Assembly: GCA_963806415.1 (NCBI GenBank)
Contig: CAWDYD010000005.1
Span: 327,279-391,278 of the forward strand
Direction: 5' to 3'
DNA from: an uncultured Actinomycetota bacterium
Lineage (GTDB): Bacteria; Actinomycetota; Actinomycetes; Mycobacteriales; SCTD01
DNA: 64,000 bases
How positions within the stretch are numbered: position 1 is the first letter of the stretch; each line of letters begins with the position of its first letter. The position numbers and the translations under genes are program-made. Shown here piece after piece: positions 35,068 to 44,555 of the stretch. Below the pieces are notes generated by a model that saw only the letters and a program-made list of their open reading frames with translations, was not told the origin of the DNA and ran no database searches.

Positions 35068-35864
35068 GCGCCTCGGGCGGCAAGGTCGCCCTGATCACCG
35101 GCGGCGCCTCCGGGTTCGGCGCGGAGGTGGCCCGCCAGCTCGTCCGGCGCGGCGACGCGGTGGTGCTCGTCGACCTGGACGAGGAGCGCGGGCGCGCGGT
35201 CGCCGACGAGGTCGGCGGCCACTTCCTGCGTGCCGACGTCTCCTCGTTCGAGGAGGTCGTCGCCACCACCCGGGCCGCGGAGCAGGTCCACGGCGGGCTC
35301 GACCTGGTGTTCCTCAACGCCGGCATCTCGACCGGCTGCGGCGTCGGCGACGACTTCGACCCGGCCCGCTACCGGCTGGCGATGGGCGTGAACATCGACG
35401 GCGTGGTCTTCGGCGTGCACGCCGCGATCCCGGCGCTGCGCCGCCGCGGCGGTGGCTCCATCGTGGCCACCGCCTCGCTGGCGGGGCTCACCGCCGCGTC
35501 CTTCGACCCGGTCTACTGCGCGAACAAGCACGCCGTCGTCGGCCTGGTCCGCGCGCTCGGCCCGGCGCTCACCCCGGACGGGATCACGGTGAACGCGTTC
35601 TGCCCGAGCTTCGCCGAGACCGGCATCATCGTCGACATCCGCTCGCAGCTGGACACCAGCGGCGTCCCGATCATCCCGGTCGACGTGGCCGGCCGGGCCG
35701 TGCTGCAGGCGTTCGACTCGGCGGACACCGGGCAGGCGTGGCTGCTGCAGGCCGGCCGGGAGCCGATGCCGTACCGCTTCCGCGGCGTGCCGGGGCCGCT
35801 CGACGCCTCCGGCAACCCGGTCCGGCCGGTCGACCCGACCGGAGTGCCCACCGGCTCGGCCTGA
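35064..35864 (+). CDS. SDR family oxidoreductase
   Basis: TGGASGFG, LNAG, YCANK; GTGA overlap with upstream gene. Confidence 0.9.
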   Translation: MSASGGKVALITGGASGFGAEVARQLVRRGDAVVLVDLDEERGRAVADEVGGHFLRADVSSFEEVVATTRAAEQVHGGLDLVFLNAGISTGCGVGDDFDPARYRLAMGVNIDGVVFGVHAAIPALRRRGGGSIVATASLAGLTAASFDPVYCANKHAVVGLVRALGPALTPDGITVNAFCPSFAETGIIVDIRSQLDTSGVPIIPVDVAGRAVLQAFDSADTGQAWLLQAGREPMPYRFRGVPGPLDASGNPVRPVDPTGVPTGSA

Positions 35865-35959
35865 CGCCCGTACGGGCCATCCCCGGGTGACCCGTTGTGG
35901 TCATGTGAACCGGGGTGGCGCCTGGCAGCGTCGCCCGGACAACCACCCCCGGGGGCGAC

Positions 35960-36442
35960 ATGCCGGACACGGTCAACGGACTGCCGACGCACGTCCTGCT
36001 CGTGCACGCCGTGGTCGTGCTGGTGCCGCTGGCCGCGCTGCTGCTCGTGCTGGCCGCCGCGGCGCCGGGGATCCGGGCCCGCCTGGGAGGCGCGCTGCCA
36101 CTGCTCGCCGCCGGCTGCCTGCTGCTGGTGCCCGTCACGACCAGCGCCGGCGAGCGGCTGCGCGAGGCGATGGGCGGCGGGGGGCCGCTCGTGGACCGGC
36201 ACGCCGAGCTCGCCGAGACCGTGCTGCCCTGGGTGGCCGGGCTGTTCGCCGTCAGCGTCGCGATCTGGCTGCGCGGCCGGCGGGAGGCACCGGCCGCTTC
36301 GCGCCGCTCCCGCGGGCGGCTCGACCTCGGCCTGCTCGCGCTGGCCGTGGTGGTGGCGGCCGGGGCGGCCACCCAGGTGGCCCGGGCCGGCGAGGCCGGC
36401 TCGCGATCGGTGTGGGAGGGGGTCGCCACCAGCCAGCGCTGA
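35960..36442 (+). CDS. DUF2231-like membrane protein
   Basis: VNGLPTHVLLVHAVVVLVPL, HAELA, GSRSVW; about four TM segments. Confidence 0.75.
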   Translation: MPDTVNGLPTHVLLVHAVVVLVPLAALLLVLAAAAPGIRARLGGALPLLAAGCLLLVPVTTSAGERLREAMGGGGPLVDRHAELAETVLPWVAGLFAVSVAIWLRGRREAPAASRRSRGRLDLGLLALAVVVAAGAATQVARAGEAGSRSVWEGVATSQR

Positions 36443-36474
36443 ACCCATCCGCACGCACCTGCACCGGAGGACCT

Positions 36475-36972
36475 GTGATCACCCGTTCCCGTACTCCCCG
36501 CCCCGGCGCCGCGCGCCGGCTGCTGGCCGGCGCGCTGCCGCTCTGCCTGGTCGCCCTGACCGCGGCCTGCGGCGACGACGGCGGCAGCACCGCCGCGCCC
36601 GCCACGACGGCACCGACGTCCGCACCGGCCACGTCCGCACCGGCCACGTCCGCACCGACGACGAGCGGGCCCGCGGCCGGCGGCGGGAAGACCCTGCAGG
36701 CGGTCGTCGGCATCGACGACGCCTTCACCATCTCGCTCACGGACGGCAGCGGCGCGCCGGTCACCAGCCTGCCCGCCGGCACGTACACGGTCGAGGTCAA
36801 CGACGCCTCGGCGATCCACAACTTCCACCTGGTCGGACCCGGCGACGTCGAGGAGGAGACCACCGTCCCGGAGGTCACCAAGACCACCTGGACGGTCGAC
36901 CTGGAGGCCGGCGAGTACACCTTCAAGTGCGACCCGCACCCGCGCATGATCGGCACCTTCACGGTCACCTGA
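36475..36972 (+). CDS. Cupredoxin (plastocyanin/azurin-like) lipoprotein
   Basis: Lipobox LTAAC; Thr/Ala/Pro linker; type-1 Cu ligands HNF...CDPHPRM. Confidence 0.85.
   Translation: MITRSRTPRPGAARRLLAGALPLCLVALTAACGDDGGSTAAPATTAPTSAPATSAPATSAPTTSGPAAGGGKTLQAVVGIDDAFTISLTDGSGAPVTSLPAGTYTVEVNDASAIHNFHLVGPGDVEEETTVPEVTKTTWTVDLEAGEYTFKCDPHPRMIGTFTVT
36616..36660 (+). repeat. 15-bp in-frame tandem repeat x3 (TSAPA linker)
   Basis: acgtccgcaccggcc twice plus acgtccgcaccgacg. Confidence 0.85.
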
Positions 36973-36986
36973 GCGCGACGCCGGCT

Positions 36987-37013
36987 CGCCCCTGCCGCCC
37001 GGCGGCAGGGGCG
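36987..37013 (+). terminator. GC-rich stem-loop after cupredoxin gene
   Basis: CGCCCCTGCCG / CGGCAGGGGCG inverted repeat, no U-tract. Confidence 0.5.
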
Positions 37014-37086
37014 GCTGCCCGCCGGTCCGGCCGTTGCGGTAGACCTCCGGTACGCCGCGCGGACCGCCCGCGGCCCGACCCGCGAG

Positions 37087-37455
37087 GTGCCCGTGATCGA
37101 CCCGACCGGCCAGGACCTCAAGCGCTACCTCGCCGAGGACCCCGGCGGGCCGGTGGTGATGCTGAACCTGCTGCGGTTCGTCCCGGACGGCGGCCGCGAG
37201 CGCTACGCCGAGTACATGGCGCACTTCCGCCGCACCAGCGGGCCGTTCGGCGCCGAGGTGCTCTACGTCGGCACCGGCAGCACCCCGCTGGTCGCCGAGA
37301 GCGGGCAGGCCTGGGACGCGGTCCTCGTGGTCCGCTACCCGAGCCGGCAGTCGTTCAGCGACATGGTCCGCGACCCGGCCTACCAGCAGGGCTCGCACCT
37401 GCGTACCGAGGCGCTCACCGAGGCGGTGCTGCAGGCCACCACCGCCTGGTCGTGA
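37087..37455 (+). CDS. DUF1330-like protein
   Basis: GPVVMLNLLRF, WDAVLVVRYPSRQSFSDMV.DPAYQ. Confidence 0.8.
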   Translation: MPVIDPTGQDLKRYLAEDPGGPVVMLNLLRFVPDGGRERYAEYMAHFRRTSGPFGAEVLYVGTGSTPLVAESGQAWDAVLVVRYPSRQSFSDMVRDPAYQQGSHLRTEALTEAVLQATTAWS

Positions 37456-38606
37456 GGGTCGCGCCCGGGCCGGCGCGGGGAACGGCGGAAGACCGGCCCT
37501 GGGACGTCGCGGTGGTCGGTGCCGGACCGGCCGGCGCGGCGGCCGCCCGGTCCGCCGCGCGGACCGGGGCGCGCGTGCTGCTGCTCGAGCGCGCGCAGGT
37601 CCCGCGCTACAAGCGCTGCGGCGGCGGCCTGATCGGCCCCTCCCAGCTGGCGCTGCGCTCGGCCGGGATCGACCCGGCGGCGCTCGCCCGGGACTCCGTC
37701 GGGCGGGTCCGGTTCACCTGCGACGGCGCCCGGGGCTTCAGCCGCAGCGCCGCGCCCTTCCTGCCGCTGGTGCTGCGCTCGCAGCTCGACGAGGCGCTGG
37801 TGGGCGCGGCGGTGGCGGCCGGCGCCGAGCTGCGGACCGGCGTCACGGTCACGGCGTACGACGTGCGCGACGACGGCGTCACGCTGACCACCTCGGCCGG
37901 GCCGGTGCGGGCCCGGGCCGTGGTCGGGGCCGACGGCGCGCAGAGCCGGGCCGCGGCGCAGGTGGGGGTCCGGCTCGGCCAGGTCGACCTGGGCCTGGAG
38001 GCCGAGGTCCCGCTGCCCGCCGCCCGGGCCGCCGACTGGGCCGGCAGCGTCCTGCTCGACTGGGGCCCGGTGCCGGGGTCCTACGGCTGGGTCTTCCCCA
38101 AGGGGGACACGGTCACCGTGGGCGTCATCGGCGCCCGCGACCGCGGCCCGCAGGTGCGGGACTACTACGCGGCGTTCCTGGCCCGGCTCGGCCTGGACCG
38201 GGCCACGGCGCTGCACGACGGCGGCGCGCTGACCCGGGTCCGGGAGCCCGGGTCGCCGGTCCGCCGCGGCCGGCTGCTGGTCGCCGGTGACGCCGCCGGC
38301 CTGCTCGAGCCGTGGACCCGCGAGGGCATCTCGTTCGCGCTGCGCTCGGGGGCGCTGGCGGGCGAGGCGGCGGCCGGGGACGTGACCGGCTACGACGAGG
38401 CGGTGCGCCGGGCGCTCGGCCCGGAGATGGCCGCCGGCCGGCAGGCGCTGCGGGCGTTCACCCGGCACCCCGCGGCCGTGCACACGGTGCTGCGGCGGCT
38501 GCCGGGCATGTGGGGACTGTTCGTCCGGCTGGTCTCCGGCGACACCTGCCTGGACGAGCAGCTGGCCCGGCGACGGGTCCGGGCCCTGGTCCGGCTGCTG
38601 GCCTGA
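37452..38606 (+). CDS. Geranylgeranyl reductase family FAD-dependent oxidoreductase
   Basis: VVGAGPAG, PRYKRCGGG, GADGAQS, YGWVFPKG, GDAAGLLEPWTREGI. Confidence 0.9.
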   Translation: MRVAPGPARGTAEDRPWDVAVVGAGPAGAAAARSAARTGARVLLLERAQVPRYKRCGGGLIGPSQLALRSAGIDPAALARDSVGRVRFTCDGARGFSRSAAPFLPLVLRSQLDEALVGAAVAAGAELRTGVTVTAYDVRDDGVTLTTSAGPVRARAVVGADGAQSRAAAQVGVRLGQVDLGLEAEVPLPAARAADWAGSVLLDWGPVPGSYGWVFPKGDTVTVGVIGARDRGPQVRDYYAAFLARLGLDRATALHDGGALTRVREPGSPVRRGRLLVAGDAAGLLEPWTREGISFALRSGALAGEAAAGDVTGYDEAVRRALGPEMAAGRQALRAFTRHPAAVHTVLRRLPGMWGLFVRLVSGDTCLDEQLARRRVRALVRLLA

Positions 38607-38615
38607 GCCGGCGGG

Positions 38616-39242
38616 TCAGGACCGGGGCGCGGCGCGCCGGCGCGGCGCCACCGGCGCGTGCCAGCCCCGCCAGTAGCCGACCATCCGCAGCGTGAAGACC
38701 ACCGAGGCGGCGAGCACCGACGCGGCCGGTCGCGGCATCGCGAGCCCGTGCGCGGCGACGAGCAGGAACGCGCCGACCAGCGCGGGCACGGCGTACACCT
38801 CGCGGCGCAGCACGGTCGGCACCTCGCCGGCCAGCACGTCGCGCAGCAGCCCGCCGCCGATGCCGGTGAGGCAGCCGAGCGTGACCGCGCCGACGGTGCC
38901 CAGGCCCGCCGCCAGCGCCTTGCCGGTCCCGGTCGCGACGAACAGGCCGAGCCCGGCCGCGTCGAACAGCCGCACCGCGCCGGCGAGCCGCTCGACCAGC
39001 GGGCTCGCGACGAAGACCAGCAGCCCGGCGGCGGTCGCCACCACCAGGTAGCGGGCGTCGACCAGCGCCGGCGGCGGCAGGTCTCCGAGCAGCACGTCGC
39101 GGGCCAGCCCGCCGCCGGTCGCGGCGACGATGCCGAGCACCAGCACCCCGAACACGTCGAAGCCCTTGCTGACCGCGAGCGTCGCCCCGGACAGCGCGAA
39201 GACGAACACGCCGAGCAGGTCCAGGACCGGCAGCAGGTTCAC
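38616..39242 (-). CDS. Trimeric intracellular cation channel (UPF0126) family protein
   Basis: LDLLGVFVFALSG, GGGLARDVLLG, DAAGLGLF, GGGLLRDVL. Confidence 0.9.
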   Translation of the reverse strand: MNLLPVLDLLGVFVFALSGATLAVSKGFDVFGVLVLGIVAATGGGLARDVLLGDLPPPALVDARYLVVATAAGLLVFVASPLVERLAGAVRLFDAAGLGLFVATGTGKALAAGLGTVGAVTLGCLTGIGGGLLRDVLAGEVPTVLRREVYAVPALVGAFLLVAAHGLAMPRPAASVLAASVVFTLRMVGYWRGWHAPVAPRRRAAPRS

Positions 39243-39297
39243 GGCGGTCCCCCGGCCCGGGCGCGGCTCGCCCGGGCACCGCTTGCCAGGGCGCGGC

Positions 39298-40444
39298 TCA
39301 TCCGGCGAACTCGGCCCGCACGCACGCCCCGTGCTCGTCCAGCTCGGGAGCGGCCGGGCGGGTCGCCGGGTCCGGCCAGCCGCTGAGCTTGAGCGGCATC
39401 CCCGGCACGGCCAGCCCGCCGGCGTCGACCACCATCCGCCGGGCGGCGGTCTGCGCGCTGCCGACCGCCTCCCCGACGCTGGCGATCGGGCCGGCCGGCA
39501 CCCCGGCCAGGTCCAGCTCGACCAGCCAGTGCTCGCGCCGGCTCGGTCCCGAGCACCGCCTCCAGGTCGGCGGTCAGCGCGGCCCGGTGCCGGTGCCGCA
39601 GGGCGTTGTCGGCGTACCGCGGGTCGTCCAGCAGCTCCGGGCGTCCCAGCGCCCGGGCGAGCGCACCGAACAGGGCGTCGTTGGCGGCGCACACCACGAT
39701 CTGGCGGTCGGCGCAGGCGAAGGTGTCGAACGGCGCGATGGAGAAGTGCCCGTTGCCGAGCGGCCCCGGCTCCACGCCGGTGGACAGGTAGGACAGCGCC
39801 GGGCTCTCCAGCAGGCTGGTGGTCGCGTCGTACATCGCCACGTCCAGGTGCGTGCCGCGGCCGGTCCGGGCCCGGCCGAGCAGCGCCGCGGTGATCCCGC
39901 CGTAGGCGTACAGGCCGGCCGACAGGTCCGCGATCGGGACGCCCGGCTTGACCGGCTCGCCACCGGCCTGCCCGGTGATCGCCATGATGCCGCTCATCGC
40001 CTGCACCACCGCGTCGTACGCCGGTCGCTGCGACCACGGGCCGGTGTGGCCGAAGCCGGACACCGAGCAGTAGACCAGCCCGGGGTGGGCGGCGAGCAGC
40101 TCCTGCGGCCCGAGCCCGAGACGGGCCATCACGCCCGGCCGGTAGTTCTCGACCAGGACGTCGGCGCGGGCGACCAGCCGCCGCGCGACCGCCAGGTCGT
40201 CGGGGTCCTTCAGGTCCAGCGCGACCGACTGCTTGCCGCGGTTGACCCGGGCGAAGTAGACCGACCGGCCGTCGACGAACGGGCCGTAGCTGCGGCTGTC
40301 GTCGCCGGAGCGCGGGTGCTCGACCTTGACGACCCGGGCGCCCAGGTCGGCGAGCATCATCGTGGCGAACGGCCCGGCCAGGACCCGCGAGAAGTCGGCG
40401 ACGAGCAGTCCGGTCAGCGGCCCCTCGGGGGCGGAGGTGGGCAC
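39298..40444 (-). CDS. CaiB/BaiF family CoA transferase (frameshift near 39535)
   Basis: DFSRVLAGP, ADLGARVVKVE, NRGKQS, ENYRPG, SGFGHTGP, APELDEH. Confidence 0.92.
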
Positions 40445-40484
40445 GCCTCCATCCTCGCCGACCGACGCGCCGGGCCGTTCGGCG

Positions 40485-40510
40485 GGAACGTCGGCCCGCA
40501 GTGTGGTGTT
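40485..40510 (+). promoter_or_regulatory. Putative SigH/SigR-type ECF promoter
   Basis: GGAAC-N18-GTT ending 9 nt before ATG 40520. Confidence 0.55.
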
Positions 40511-40519
40511 CTGAATGGC

Positions 40520-40726
40520 ATGACCGGCACCGTGACCTCTCCTGCCCCCTCCCTCACCCTGTCCGCTGCCGACCGCTGCGACCGCTGCGGCGCCCAGGCC
40601 CGGGTCCGCGTCGTCCTGGCGAGCGGCGACCTGCTCTTCTGCGCGCACCACGCGCACGCCTACGAGGACAAGCTCAAGGCCACGGCTGTCGACTGGGTCG
40701 ACGAGACCGCCACCCTGCACCAGTAG
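40520..40726 (+). CDS. Small conserved Cys/His protein (DUF7455-like)
   Basis: LSAADRCDRCGAQARVRV...LLFCAHH. Confidence 0.85.
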   Translation: MTGTVTSPAPSLTLSAADRCDRCGAQARVRVVLASGDLLFCAHHAHAYEDKLKATAVDWVDETATLHQ

Positions 40727-40810
40727 CCCCGACCCACCCGGCCGCCCGTACTCCGGGCGGTCGCGTGCTGTCCGGACCCGGTGCCGGGCGGGCCGGCTGC
40801 TCCGGACGGC

Positions 40811-41605
40811 TCAGGCGGCGCGGGCGGCGTAGCGGCCGCCGGTGCACTGCACGTCCAGCGGCAGGCCGAACGCCCGGGACAGGACCGGACCGGTCAGCAC
40901 CTCGCCGGCCGGCCCGGCGGCCACGACCCGGCCGCGGGCCAGCACCAGCGCGTGCGTCGTGCCGACCGGCACCTCCTCCACGTGGTGCGTGACCAGCACG
41001 ACCGGTGGCCCCTGCTCGTCGCCCCACAGCCGGGCCAGCAGGCGCATCAGCGCCTCCCGGGCGCCGAGGTCCAGCCCGGCCGCCGGCTCGTCGAGCAGCA
41101 GCAGCTCCGGGTCGGTCATCAGGGCCCGGGCCAGCAGCACCCGCTTGCGCTCGCCCTCGGACAGCGAGCCGAACCGCCGGGCGGCCAGCCGCCGCATCCC
41201 GACCCGGCCCAGCAGGTCGGTCGCCCGCGCCGCGTCGGCCGGGTCCGGCGCGCCGGACCAGCGCCCCACCACGCCGTACGCGGCGGTGGTCACCACGTCC
41301 AGCGCCTTCTCGTGCGGCGGCACCCGGTCGGCCAGCGCCGCGCTGGACAGGCCCACCCGGGTCCGCAGCTCGCCGAGGTCGGCGGCGCCGAACCGCTCGC
41401 CGAGCAGCTCGACCTGCCCGGAGGACGGGACCGTGCCGGCGCTCGCGACCTGCAGCAGGGTGGTCTTGCCCGCGCCGTTCGGGCCGAGCACCACCCACCG
41501 CTCGCCCTCCCGGACGGTCCAGTCGATGCCGGTCAGCAGGGTGGCGCGCTCGCGGACCACCTCGACGCCGGACAGGGACAGGACGACGGGGGACGAGGCA
41601 GGCAC
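40811..41605 (-). CDS. ABC transporter ATP-binding protein
   Basis: GPNGAGKT, LSEGERKR, LLLDEP, VTHH. Confidence 0.93.
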   Translation of the reverse strand: MPASSPVVLSLSGVEVVRERATLLTGIDWTVREGERWVVLGPNGAGKTTLLQVASAGTVPSSGQVELLGERFGAADLGELRTRVGLSSAALADRVPPHEKALDVVTTAAYGVVGRWSGAPDPADAARATDLLGRVGMRRLAARRFGSLSEGERKRVLLARALMTDPELLLLDEPAAGLDLGAREALMRLLARLWGDEQGPPVVLVTHHVEEVPVGTTHALVLARGRVVAAGPAGEVLTGPVLSRAFGLPLDVQCTGGRYAARAA

Positions 41606-41644
41606 GCGACGAACCTAGCCCGCCCCGGTCGTACGCTCCGGCAC

Positions 41645-42478
41645 ATGTCCTCCACCTGCTTCGACGTCGACATCTCCGACGCGGTCGCGCACGTCCGGCT
41701 GTCCCGGCCGGACGAGCTGAACACGATGACCGCGGCCTTCTGGCGCGAGCTGCCCGAGATCGTCACGCGGATCAGCGACGAGGCCTCGGCCCGGGTCGTG
41801 GTGATCAGCAGCACGGGCCGGCACTTCAGCGCCGGGATGGACCTGTCGGTGTTCGCCCGCGACGAGCTGGCCGGCGGCGGTGACCCGGGCCGGCGGCACG
41901 CCCGGCTGCGCTCCAACGCCCAGGTGCTGCAGTGGTCGTTCACCGCCCTGGAGAAGGCCCGGATGCCGGTGCTGGCGGCGGTGCAGGGCGGCGTCATCGG
42001 CGGCGCCGTCGACCTCGTGACGGCCTGCGACATGCGCTACGCCACCGCCGACGCGTTCTTCTGCGTGCAGGAGATCAACATCGGGATGACCGCGGACGTG
42101 GGGACGCTGCAGCGGCTCGGCAGCCTGGTCGGCGAGGGGTTCGCCCGGGAGATGGCCTACACCGGGCGGCGGGTGCCGGCCGGCCGGGCGTACGAGGTGG
42201 GCCTGGTGCAGGAGGTCTACCCCGGCCACGAGGCGCTGCTGGAGGGCGTGCTCGACACCGCCCGGGAGATCGCCGAGAAGTCGCCGCTCGCCGTCTGGGG
42301 CAGCAAGGTCGCCCTGAACTTCGCCCGCGACCACGGGGTCGACGAGGCGCTGGAGCAGATCGCCACCTGGCAGGCCGGCATGTTCCAGCCCGAGGACATG
42401 ACCGAGGCGTTCTCCGCCAAGGCCGAGAAGCGCCCGCCGGTGTTCCCCGAGCTGCTGCCGACGCCCCGCGGGCTGTGA
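41645..42478 (+). CDS. Enoyl-CoA hydratase/isomerase (crotonase)
   Basis: HFSAGMDL, GGVIGGAVDL, DVGTLQRL, EKRPP. Confidence 0.92.
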   Translation: MSSTCFDVDISDAVAHVRLSRPDELNTMTAAFWRELPEIVTRISDEASARVVVISSTGRHFSAGMDLSVFARDELAGGGDPGRRHARLRSNAQVLQWSFTALEKARMPVLAAVQGGVIGGAVDLVTACDMRYATADAFFCVQEINIGMTADVGTLQRLGSLVGEGFAREMAYTGRRVPAGRAYEVGLVQEVYPGHEALLEGVLDTAREIAEKSPLAVWGSKVALNFARDHGVDEALEQIATWQAGMFQPEDMTEAFSAKAEKRPPVFPELLPTPRGL

Positions 42479-42479
42479 C

Positions 42480-42521
42480 CCGGGGGCGCCGACCCGCGGG
42501 CCGGGGGCGCCGGCCCGCAGG
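42480..42521. repeat. 21-bp direct repeat x2 between convergent genes
   Basis: ccgggggcgccgacccgcggg / ccgggggcgccggcccgcagg. Confidence 0.6.
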
Positions 42522-42526
42522 CCGGC

Positions 42527-43693
42527 TCAGTGCACCCGCTGCACCCCGGCCGCCCGGAGCGCGGCGAGGTCGGGGAAGCCGTCGACGGCCATCAGCAGGT
42601 CGGTCTCGGCGAGCACCGAGCGCAGGTAGTGCACCACCGCGTCCTCGCCGCCGACCGCCATCGCGTACGCGTACGGCCGGCCCACCCCGACCGCGTCGGC
42701 GCCGAGCGCCAGCGCCTTGGCCACGTCACTGCCGTTGCGCACGCCGGAGTCGAACAGCACCGGCAGCCCGTCGGCGGCCGCCACGACCTCGGGCAGCGTC
42801 TGCAGCGCCGGCAGCCCGCCGTTGGCCTGCCGGCCGCCGTGGTTGGAGCAGTAGATCCCGTCGACCCCGGAGTCCCGGGCCTTACGGACGTCCTCGGGGT
42901 GGCTGATCCCCTTGAGGACGATCGGCAGGTCCGTCGCGGCCCGGATCCACTCCAGGTCGTCCCAGCGCAGCGAGTGCCCGAACATCCGCGCCCAGGCGCC
43001 GACCGCGGCCTGCGGGTCGTCCTCCGGGCTGCGGTCGAGCCGGGAGCGGAACACCTCGTCGGTGAAGTAGTTCGCCAGGCAGTAGCCGCGCAGCTGCGGG
43101 AAGTTGGCCAGGTTGAGGTCGCGCGGCCGCCAGCCCGTCACCCAGGTGTCCAGGGTCAGCACCAGCGCCCGGTAGCCCGCAGCGGAGGCGCGCTGGATGA
43201 GGCTCACCGCGACCTCGCGGTCCTTGGGCGTGTACAGCTGGAACATCCCCGGGGTGTCGCCGAGCGCCGCGGCGACGTCCTCCAGCGGGTCCTGCATCAG
43301 GGTCGACGCCACCATCGGCACGCCGGTCCGGGCCGCCGCGCGGGCTGTCTGCAGGTCGCCGTGGAAGTCCTGCGAGCAGATGCCGATCACCCCGATCGGG
43401 CACAGGAACAGCGGCGACGCGAGCTCCATGCCGAACAGCGAGGTGGTCAGGTCGCGCTCGTAGGCGCCGTTGAACATCCGCGGGACCAGGCCCCAGCGGT
43501 CGAACGCCTCGACGTTGGCGCGCTGCGTGCGCTCGTTGCCGGCGCCGCCGGCGACGTAGGACAGGATCCACGCGGGCAGCGCCTCGGCGGCCTTGCGCTC
43601 CAGGCTGTCGAAGTCGACGGGGTACTTCGGGACGACGCCCTGCAGACCCGCCAGGTAGATCTCCAGCTGGTAGTCGCCGTACTGCTGCGCCAC
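42527..43693 (-). CDS. Lactate 2-monooxygenase / alpha-hydroxy-acid oxidase family
   Basis: GWRPRDL, PIVLKGI, SNHGGRQANGG, FDSGVR, GRPY. Confidence 0.92.
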   Translation of the reverse strand: MAQQYGDYQLEIYLAGLQGVVPKYPVDFDSLERKAAEALPAWILSYVAGGAGNERTQRANVEAFDRWGLVPRMFNGAYERDLTTSLFGMELASPLFLCPIGVIGICSQDFHGDLQTARAAARTGVPMVASTLMQDPLEDVAAALGDTPGMFQLYTPKDREVAVSLIQRASAAGYRALVLTLDTWVTGWRPRDLNLANFPQLRGYCLANYFTDEVFRSRLDRSPEDDPQAAVGAWARMFGHSLRWDDLEWIRAATDLPIVLKGISHPEDVRKARDSGVDGIYCSNHGGRQANGGLPALQTLPEVVAAADGLPVLFDSGVRNGSDVAKALALGADAVGVGRPYAYAMAVGGEDAVVHYLRSVLAETDLLMAVDGFPDLAALRAAGVQRVH

Positions 43694-43761
43694 GTCCCGC
43701 TCCCTCTGCCGCCCGCGCGTGCCCGGTCCGGGCCCTGAGGTCGGACAGCCTCGCACCCCGG

Positions 43762-44553
43762 TCAGACCGGCGAGTAGACCGCCACCCGCACCGACAGCGT
43801 CACCTCGACGTCGGCGGCCGGCAGCGCCGCCGGGTCGACGTGCCGGGCGCTCGGTCCCATCGCGACCACATCGCGCACGTCGCCGGCGGACAGCGGCAGC
43901 CGGCGCTCCACCAGCTCCCCGGTCCGCAGCGTGAAGCCCGACAGCCGGCGCTCCAGGCGGGCGTCCTTGTCCGGGTCGACGGTCACCAGCCCGAGCGGCC
44001 CGACCAGCTCGGCGAGGTGCCGCGGTGTCGGGGTGACCACGACGAGCCGGCCGCCCGGCCGCAGCACCCGGACCGCCTCGGCGGGGCCGCGCGGCGCGAA
44101 CACCGACAGCACCGTCCCGGCCGCGCCGTCGCGGACCGGCAGCTCGCGCCAGGCGTCGGCCACCACCGCGCCGATCCGGGGGTGCGCGCCGGCCGCCCGC
44201 CGGGCCGCGTACCGGGACAGGTCCAGGGCGAGCCCGGTCCCGCCGCGGACCGCCAGCACCCGGGCCAGGTGGTGGCCGGTGCCGGCGCCGACGTCGACCA
44301 CCGGCCCCGACTCGACGACCGCCGCGAGCGCGTCCCCGATCGCGTCGTAGTGCCCGGCCGACAGGAACCGGGAGCGGGCGGCGACCATCTCGGCCGTGTC
44401 GGCGGTGCCGGCGCCGCCCGGCAGCAGGCTCAGGTAGCCCTGCCGGGCGACGTCGAAGCTGTGCCCGGCCGGGCAGCGCACCGCCGGGCCGGACCGGGAC
44501 AGGCCGGCGCGGCAGACCGGGCAGCGCAGCAGCGGCAGGACGTCGTCGAGCAC
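43762..44553 (-). CDS. RlmA/MyrA-like rRNA m1G methyltransferase
   Basis: Zn finger CPVC...CPAGHSFDVARQGY, ARSRFL.AGHY, DVGAGTG, VFAPR. Confidence 0.85.
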   Translation of the reverse strand: MLDDVLPLLRCPVCRAGLSRSGPAVRCPAGHSFDVARQGYLSLLPGGAGTADTAEMVAARSRFLSAGHYDAIGDALAAVVESGPVVDVGAGTGHHLARVLAVRGGTGLALDLSRYAARRAAGAHPRIGAVVADAWRELPVRDGAAGTVLSVFAPRGPAEAVRVLRPGGRLVVVTPTPRHLAELVGPLGLVTVDPDKDARLERRLSGFTLRTGELVERRLPLSAGDVRDVVAMGPSARHVDPAALPAADVEVTLSVRVAVYSPV

Positions 44554-44555
44554 GC

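Noticed and set aside
39254..39300. Degenerate ~15-bp repeats between the TRIC and CoA-transferase genes (also a 10-bp repeat at 9061-9080)
   Set aside because: Short, GC-rich and degenerate; compatible with slippage or background
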